64,000 nt of DNA from an uncultured candidate division Zixibacteria bacterium (GTDB taxonomy: Bacteria > Zixibacteria > MSB-5A5 > RBG-16-43-9). The stretch is taken from positions 2,272,001-2,336,000 of the forward strand of contig OY970208.1 of NCBI GenBank assembly GCA_963713865.1, written 5' to 3'. Below the pieces are notes generated by a model that was not told the DNA's origin, made no database searches, and worked only from the letters and a program-made list of their open reading frames with translations. Both the position numbers and the translations under genes were made by a program. Below, piece by piece: positions 58,727 to 64,000 of the stretch (the stretch's first letter is position 1; every line of letters begins with the position of its first letter).

Positions 58727-59743
58727 TTAGAAACCTAATCCGAGGGTGAAGCGGTGCACGCTATCCAGTAATCCAAAATCAGCAAAAGCATAGTCGATCT
58801 TGACTCTCGTTTTAGAACTGAGCTTGTAAGAGAGACCTGCACCTGCGGTAAAACCTCTTTCGTAACCGGTTTCACTGGAGTACTCATATCCAACCCGGGC
58901 GAATAAGGTATTTTTGTAAGAATACTCTAAGCCCAATGCCCCTAATTCCCTACCATCATTCGGCTGAACACCATCCAAATTTGCAGATAGAAGATTGTTT
59001 TCATCCTCTAAGAAATTATAAGCCAAGCCAATGCGTAAAAGTAAAGGCAAAGGATAACCTCTGCTTTCCACATTAACCGGAATATCCTGATAGGTAGGCG
59101 GTGCATCTGGATAGATTTGAACTTCGTGTTCTAATTGGGTACCGGCATATTTCATATTAGTGCCAAAATTGGACATACTCATACCTAACATTAAGCTTCT
59201 AAAACCGGTTGCATACTGGAATCCAATGTCAAATGCCATACCATTGGCATTTAACTCCCAGATAACCTGACGAACCAATTTAGTATTTAATCCTACTGAG
59301 AAGCGGTCAGTGATTTTTCGAGCATAGCTTGCCCCAACCACCATATCATAACAGCTGAAATTTACCCCGGTTCCCTCAGGTTTTTCCACAGTGGTTTCTT
59401 CGAACTCAGGCATAGAAAGAATCCCCAGGAATATTCCCCCAACTCCGCCTGCCAGTGGAAAACCATAAGCGACATTGTCGTAATTTATCTCAGCAATCCA
59501 TTCTGTATGCGTGAAACTGACCTCAGAGCCGTTTAAATTGGCCAGACCAGCCGGATTCCAGAAAACTGAGGTAACATCACCAATCGAAGCCGTAACTGCT
59601 TCTCCTTTACCGATATTCTGGGCACCCACTCCGATTTTCAAGAACTGGGCTCCAGAAGTGCCAACCTTACTAATGTCCCCACCGAAGACCACGTTAGCAC
59701 CCAGAAGGAGTAAGCAGGCAAAAAAGATTATTATTTTTTTCAT
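58727..59743 (-). CDS. PorV/PorQ-family outer-membrane barrel
   Basis: GTSGAQFLKIGVGA, FWNPAGLA, IDYAF, HRFTLGLGF. Confidence 0.88.
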   Translation of the reverse strand: MKKIIIFFACLLLLGANVVFGGDISKVGTSGAQFLKIGVGAQNIGKGEAVTASIGDVTSVFWNPAGLANLNGSEVSFTHTEWIAEINYDNVAYGFPLAGGVGGIFLGILSMPEFEETTVEKPEGTGVNFSCYDMVVGASYARKITDRFSVGLNTKLVRQVIWELNANGMAFDIGFQYATGFRSLMLGMSMSNFGTNMKYAGTQLEHEVQIYPDAPPTYQDIPVNVESRGYPLPLLLRIGLAYNFLEDENNLLSANLDGVQPNDGRELGALGLEYSYKNTLFARVGYEYSSETGYERGFTAGAGLSYKLSSKTRVKIDYAFADFGLLDSVHRFTLGLGF

Positions 59744-59763
59744 TTTATCATTCCTCCTTTGGT

Positions 59764-62568
59764 TTACCGAATTACAGCGAACCTGCCTACTTTTTCGCCG
59801 AACTCTGAGCTCACGTGGTAGATATACACTCCGCTGGCTGGAATCTGGTCGTTTCTGGTCAAAGCATTCCAGATCTCCTGCCCGGTTCCGCTGGTATGCT
59901 CAACCTTTTGAATCAAATTACCAGCTAAAGTATAAAGGCGAATAGTACATACTTCTGGCAGGTGAGTTAACATCAAATGTGCAACGTTCGGGTCTCGGTC
60001 AAGCTCGTTTCTAACAAAGTAAGGGTTCGGCACGACTTTGATCTTATCCATATCGGTTTTTGCCTGGGCGGCATTTATAACAGCGTTCTTTGTGTCAAAG
60101 GTGAAAACATCATCGTGAGAATTTGGCTTGTTGGTAAGGAATCTAATCACCGTGCCCTCAACGGGATTAACAAAACCTTCGCTATAGGGAATTATGCGGA
60201 TTCTTGCAACTCTGGTATCATCGGGAAAGGTCCAGGATGTAGGATCTGGCAAGGGTTCTACATAAGGAACCGCTATTGTATAGATACGATCCATAGGGCT
60301 ATAGCTACCACTTGTATCATCATCCAGGATTTCAAAGATGATCCTTTGGTCATCAGTAGTATCAGAGAAAGTCGCTATACCTACATCCCATACCTGGAAA
60401 GGAGCCTTGTCCGGGAAAAGACTACCAGCACCAGTAATCCAACTGTAATAGCCACTGGAATCTGAGGAGAATCTTATCTCAAAATCGTGAATCCCTATAT
60501 ATCCCCAGCCATTGAGCCGGGTGATATCTCCATTGTCGCTGTCCAGATACCAATCACCTGTATGATTCAAAGAGAAGAAGACGTTATCGTAGGAACCATC
60601 TTCTAAGACCTCCACAACTCTTTTCACACCAGACAGAGGACCAGCTACCCTTACCAAAATCCCATCTACGATAGCATAACTTTCATCACCGGATTGGTTG
60701 GTTTGGTTATCCAGAACCACTGAATCCGAATTGACATCTCTCAGGTCCCAGGTGGTAGTGCTGGAAGAGGTATCGTCAAACGTTACCTCGTAAGTATGTC
60801 CGGTTACTTTAGAAGGATCGACCACTTTAACGCTTACCACTCCATCGCTCATAGCACCTGAAGTCGTATGAGTAGCTAAAGCATCACTGCTTGCAATCTG
60901 GTATCCTGCGGGATTAGTACCAGGGATCACCTGAACCATTGAAGCTCTTTTCCCGCTTTCCAGGGACTTGGGCCGCTTGGGTTGATAATCATAAGCCACC
61001 ACAGCGTAATAGTAAGTCTCACCGTTAATCACATTGCTGGAGTCTACAAAATAGTGCTGTATCCCGGAATCATCTCCCAGATGAACCGTTACAACAATCG
61101 GAGTACCATAGACCGGATCGATATCATCTTCATTATCATTAGTAAAACCATCAGCCAGATCAAACTCAGCCAACACCTCAAAATCCCCTTCAACTCCGGT
61201 TCTGCTTCGGTAAATTCGATACCCTTCGAAATCATATTTCCTCAACTCCGGATCTTTTTCTGCAAACGGCTCATAACTGCTTTCTGAAGTATCTCCCCAG
61301 ACCAGATATACCATATGATCGCCCGGGGTTGCTTTAACCACTGGAGGTATAGGGGGAATAGGAGCGACGAAGTAAGCATCATACAGGGTCTGAGCGTAAT
61401 CTGAATTTACCTTAAGTATGTTCTCGCTCTGACCGGCCACAACTCCAAAAACCACTCTGACTGAATCACCCACATTCAATCTAAAAGGCCCGGTTGACTG
61501 GCAGAACCTCTTATCCTGAGGTGACGTATCTATCATAAAAGTATCAGGACGCGGAACACCAGCAGTAGTCCTTGCTGCCATCAGATTATATCTTTGCTCG
61601 TCATTAGCCGGGTCAGTATCAATGGTGAACAAAGTCAAAGAGGTCAAGCCTAATTGATCACCCGCAGAATCCCTCGGACTTTCGAAGAATCTGAAACCCA
61701 TCATCCCGGGAACGCCACTTATGTCCTGGTCATATAACTTATTATAATTATATACCCAGCATAAGTTCCGAGCAGCATCAAACCCGATCATATCATCCGT
61801 TGCATTCCCTAAATCCGGGTCGCAGGTGATTCCGATATAAACCGAGTCTAATGCTTCATCCCCCTGATTGAAGATGTCCCAGACCATAAATATGATATCC
61901 TTATCCAGTTTGGAACTGAAACTATAAGTTGTCTGCTTGACTAAAACATTCAACTGGTCTCCTGAGTGTGCCTGGGGGTCATGATAGTAAATATCCGCGT
62001 CATTATAGAAACACCGGCTATCCTCAGCTGAGATGAATTTTGGATTACCCAGAGTATCTCTGACTGGCCATAAACTATCCGCCCTTGCAGACCAGCTATT
62101 CAGTTCAGTTGAAAGTATAACTGGCCACATTGTTGCAGGGTCAGTTCCACCGTGATCGGCCACATCTGGTGAAACAATAATCCCGGGCCCCCATTCGGAG
62201 TAACCGTCATTCGGGTTATACCCGTAGGAGACAACCTTTTTTAAGCCTATTGGGTTTCCTAAAGTATCATAAGCTTGAATCTGTGCCCCAATCCAGATAC
62301 CTGCTCCATAAAGATACATATTTCCAGTTCCCTGGGGCCATTCTGTGCCAGCCCTGCCCGTAAAGGGATTCTGAGCAAAAACAGCGTCATTCTGAATCGG
62401 CATCTTGAGACTGTTAATGGTCAGATACTTGGCATCAGTTGGAATGTTCAATGGCTTAGCCAGGCTTTTACCGGGTGGCTGTTTTATTCTGGCTTCTGCA
62501 GAAAAAGATATAAAAGTTAGAATAATAGCCACAACCAGCATAAGTTTAACTATTTTTTTCTTTTTCAT
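59764..62568 (-). CDS. Large secreted multidomain protein with FN3-like domain and T9SS-like C-terminal domain
   Basis: Signal peptide; FEGYRIYRS, YYYAVVAYD; C-terminal IKVVPNPY...IRLYTLAGNLI...ASGVYIYHV. Confidence 0.8.
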   Translation of the reverse strand: MKKKKIVKLMLVVAIILTFISFSAEARIKQPPGKSLAKPLNIPTDAKYLTINSLKMPIQNDAVFAQNPFTGRAGTEWPQGTGNMYLYGAGIWIGAQIQAYDTLGNPIGLKKVVSYGYNPNDGYSEWGPGIIVSPDVADHGGTDPATMWPVILSTELNSWSARADSLWPVRDTLGNPKFISAEDSRCFYNDADIYYHDPQAHSGDQLNVLVKQTTYSFSSKLDKDIIFMVWDIFNQGDEALDSVYIGITCDPDLGNATDDMIGFDAARNLCWVYNYNKLYDQDISGVPGMMGFRFFESPRDSAGDQLGLTSLTLFTIDTDPANDEQRYNLMAARTTAGVPRPDTFMIDTSPQDKRFCQSTGPFRLNVGDSVRVVFGVVAGQSENILKVNSDYAQTLYDAYFVAPIPPIPPVVKATPGDHMVYLVWGDTSESSYEPFAEKDPELRKYDFEGYRIYRSRTGVEGDFEVLAEFDLADGFTNDNEDDIDPVYGTPIVVTVHLGDDSGIQHYFVDSSNVINGETYYYAVVAYDYQPKRPKSLESGKRASMVQVIPGTNPAGYQIASSDALATHTTSGAMSDGVVSVKVVDPSKVTGHTYEVTFDDTSSSTTTWDLRDVNSDSVVLDNQTNQSGDESYAIVDGILVRVAGPLSGVKRVVEVLEDGSYDNVFFSLNHTGDWYLDSDNGDITRLNGWGYIGIHDFEIRFSSDSSGYYSWITGAGSLFPDKAPFQVWDVGIATFSDTTDDQRIIFEILDDDTSGSYSPMDRIYTIAVPYVEPLPDPTSWTFPDDTRVARIRIIPYSEGFVNPVEGTVIRFLTNKPNSHDDVFTFDTKNAVINAAQAKTDMDKIKVVPNPYFVRNELDRDPNVAHLMLTHLPEVCTIRLYTLAGNLIQKVEHTSGTGQEIWNALTRNDQIPASGVYIYHVSSEFGEKVGRFAVIR

Positions 62569-62593
62569 TACTTTTCCCTCCATCCATATTGGG

Positions 62594-64000
62594 TTAGAAT
62601 CCTAAAACCAGCCCTAATCGCACCATCCTGGGAACGTCATAGTTTCTCGGATCATTGACTGCCGATTTGTAGCGTGACACGAATGGTTCATTGGTTTTTC
62701 CTAATAATTCAATTAACCCGTCAGTATCAGGCTTGCCAGAGGATTCATAAACTATTAATACATTTTTCTTATCCGTTACGTTTATCACCTCTAAGTATAA
62801 GGTGGAATTGAAAGCCCCTAACTTGAAGGCTTTATCCGCTTTCAAATCCAGGCGGTAAGTCCAGGGCTGACGCGCTGAATTTATCTCTCCTGTGGCTTTG
62901 CCCAGACCTTGCAAGTTGAAGGCAACTGGAGTCCGGGGAGTATAAGGGAACCCGCTTCCCAGAGTGAATAAGAAATTTATACCCGCATTGCGGAAGGGTT
63001 GAATCCCTTCTTTCTCCCCTGCCCGGATATCGATATTGGCATTGAAGGTATGTCTCTGGTCAAAATCAAGATAATATTCAGTCTTCGGGAAAACGACTTC
63101 TAACCCGGTAAAACTGGTAATATAATCATAATACCCTTCTCTCTGGTAAGAACCTAATCCCTTAGCTTCTGAAAGGGTATATGATATTTTGCCGGAAACG
63201 TAGTTCTCCCTTCTTTTCTCTAAGGCAAATTCTACTCCTCTTACCCGGGCATAATCGGAATTAGTATAAATTACATATCTCTGTAAACCGGTGCGTAAAC
63301 GGGTATCAACCAGGTCGGTTATGTTTTTGGTAAAGGCTGTAATATCGAATCTTAAGGTAGGTGAAAAAGTCTTGGTAATCCCGACTTCATAAGCAATCGT
63401 TTTCTCAGCTCTTAATCCCGGGTCACCTATGATCGCATTACCCGTGCTTATGTAATTAATGGCATCTGCCACACCTTCATACAGATACTGTAATTGAGGT
63501 GGTTGGAAGAAATGCCCGTAGTTGAAATGGAATAAAGTATTCTCCGAAACCGGGAAGGATATGCCTAAACGAGGGCTAATCTTATAATCTATCGGGGTAT
63601 TTTCAAACCCTGCGTTCACATCCATCTGGTCTATGAAGCGGTCTGCACCTGCTTTTAACATATCAAAACGCAAACCCGCATTAACCACCATCCCTTCAAA
63701 CTCCATCTTATCCTGGATGTAAAACGCTCCGGTCTTGGGCTCATAGGGTTTTCCATGAGAAACAGTTCCGTGAATGATATAATCCTTATCATAGTTGTCT
63801 AAGAAAGGATTGGCTCTCCAGGGGAGATCGATCCTGAACCAGCGAACCGTATAAAACCGGGCTTCGAATCCGCTCTTAATTTGATGGAACTGGTTAACCT
63901 GGCTAACTATATCGAAGTTGACCCCGTAGTAAGAGGATTTTCTTTTGGAATAAACCCTCTGGCTTACTCCGGGCAAATAGTAGATCTGACTTCCATCCTG
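62594..64000 (-). CDS. TonB-dependent receptor, C-terminal barrel; starts beyond the right edge of the window
   Basis: YIQDKMEF, ISPRLGISFP, YGHFFQ, AEKTIAYEVG, DFDQRHT, C-terminal PRMVRLGLVLGF. Confidence 0.9.
   Translation of the reverse strand, partial: QDGSQIYYLPGVSQRVYSKRKSSYYGVNFDIVSQVNQFHQIKSGFEARFYTVRWFRIDLPWRANPFLDNYDKDYIIHGTVSHGKPYEPKTGAFYIQDKMEFEGMVVNAGLRFDMLKAGADRFIDQMDVNAGFENTPIDYKISPRLGISFPVSENTLFHFNYGHFFQPPQLQYLYEGVADAINYISTGNAIIGDPGLRAEKTIAYEVGITKTFSPTLRFDITAFTKNITDLVDTRLRTGLQRYVIYTNSDYARVRGVEFALEKRRENYVSGKISYTLSEAKGLGSYQREGYYDYITSFTGLEVVFPKTEYYLDFDQRHTFNANIDIRAGEKEGIQPFRNAGINFLFTLGSGFPYTPRTPVAFNLQGLGKATGEINSARQPWTYRLDLKADKAFKLGAFNSTLYLEVINVTDKKNVLIVYESSGKPDTDGLIELLGKTNEPFVSRYKSAVNDPRNYDVPRMVRLGLVLGF

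Noticed and set aside
4838-62605. Numerous short antisense ORFs in the ORF track
   Set aside because: Shadow frames opposite well-supported genes, with no recognisable motifs.

Overview
A 64-kb, AT-rich window of a diderm (LPS-type, lpxH) bacterial chromosome, with most genes on the minus strand. The gene content suggests an FCB-affiliated uncultured lineage such as Zixibacteria (inference only): T9SS/FlgD-like C-terminal sorting domains, a PorV-like barrel, Ser/Thr kinase-TPR paralogues and multiheme cytochromes. Housekeeping genes include purL, murA, lpxH, dnaX-ybaB-recR, large SRP RNA, tRNA-Ala, rtcA, rlmD, a Lon-type protease and alr. Also present are a Rieske/cytochrome b complex with a 9-heme cytochrome c, an ECF sigma/anti-sigma pair, a metal-uptake operon, a peptidoglycan-recycling cluster and a TonB receptor-secreted protein-PorV operon. 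Intergenic DNA is dense with REP-like hairpins and 7-8-mer tandem arrays. Main observations: (1) an aconitase-family LeuC-like subunit fused to two tandem N-terminal HTH-like repeats; (2) a four-helix-bundle (IVS/Avd-like) gene bracketed by inverted octamer arrays and inserted in an operon; (3) a peptidase gene sitting between the 5' and 3' stumps of a kinase gene in a modular kinase array; (4) four separate +1 frameshifts all at CCAGAC->CCAGAAC, probably a DNA-modification-linked sequencing signature; (5) a DUF2946-like CxxC/RSPP leader upstream of a metal-uptake operon with no ATPase; (6) back-to-back identical ECF promoters and sigma28-like promoters. All product calls come from motif recognition by eye; no database searches were run.
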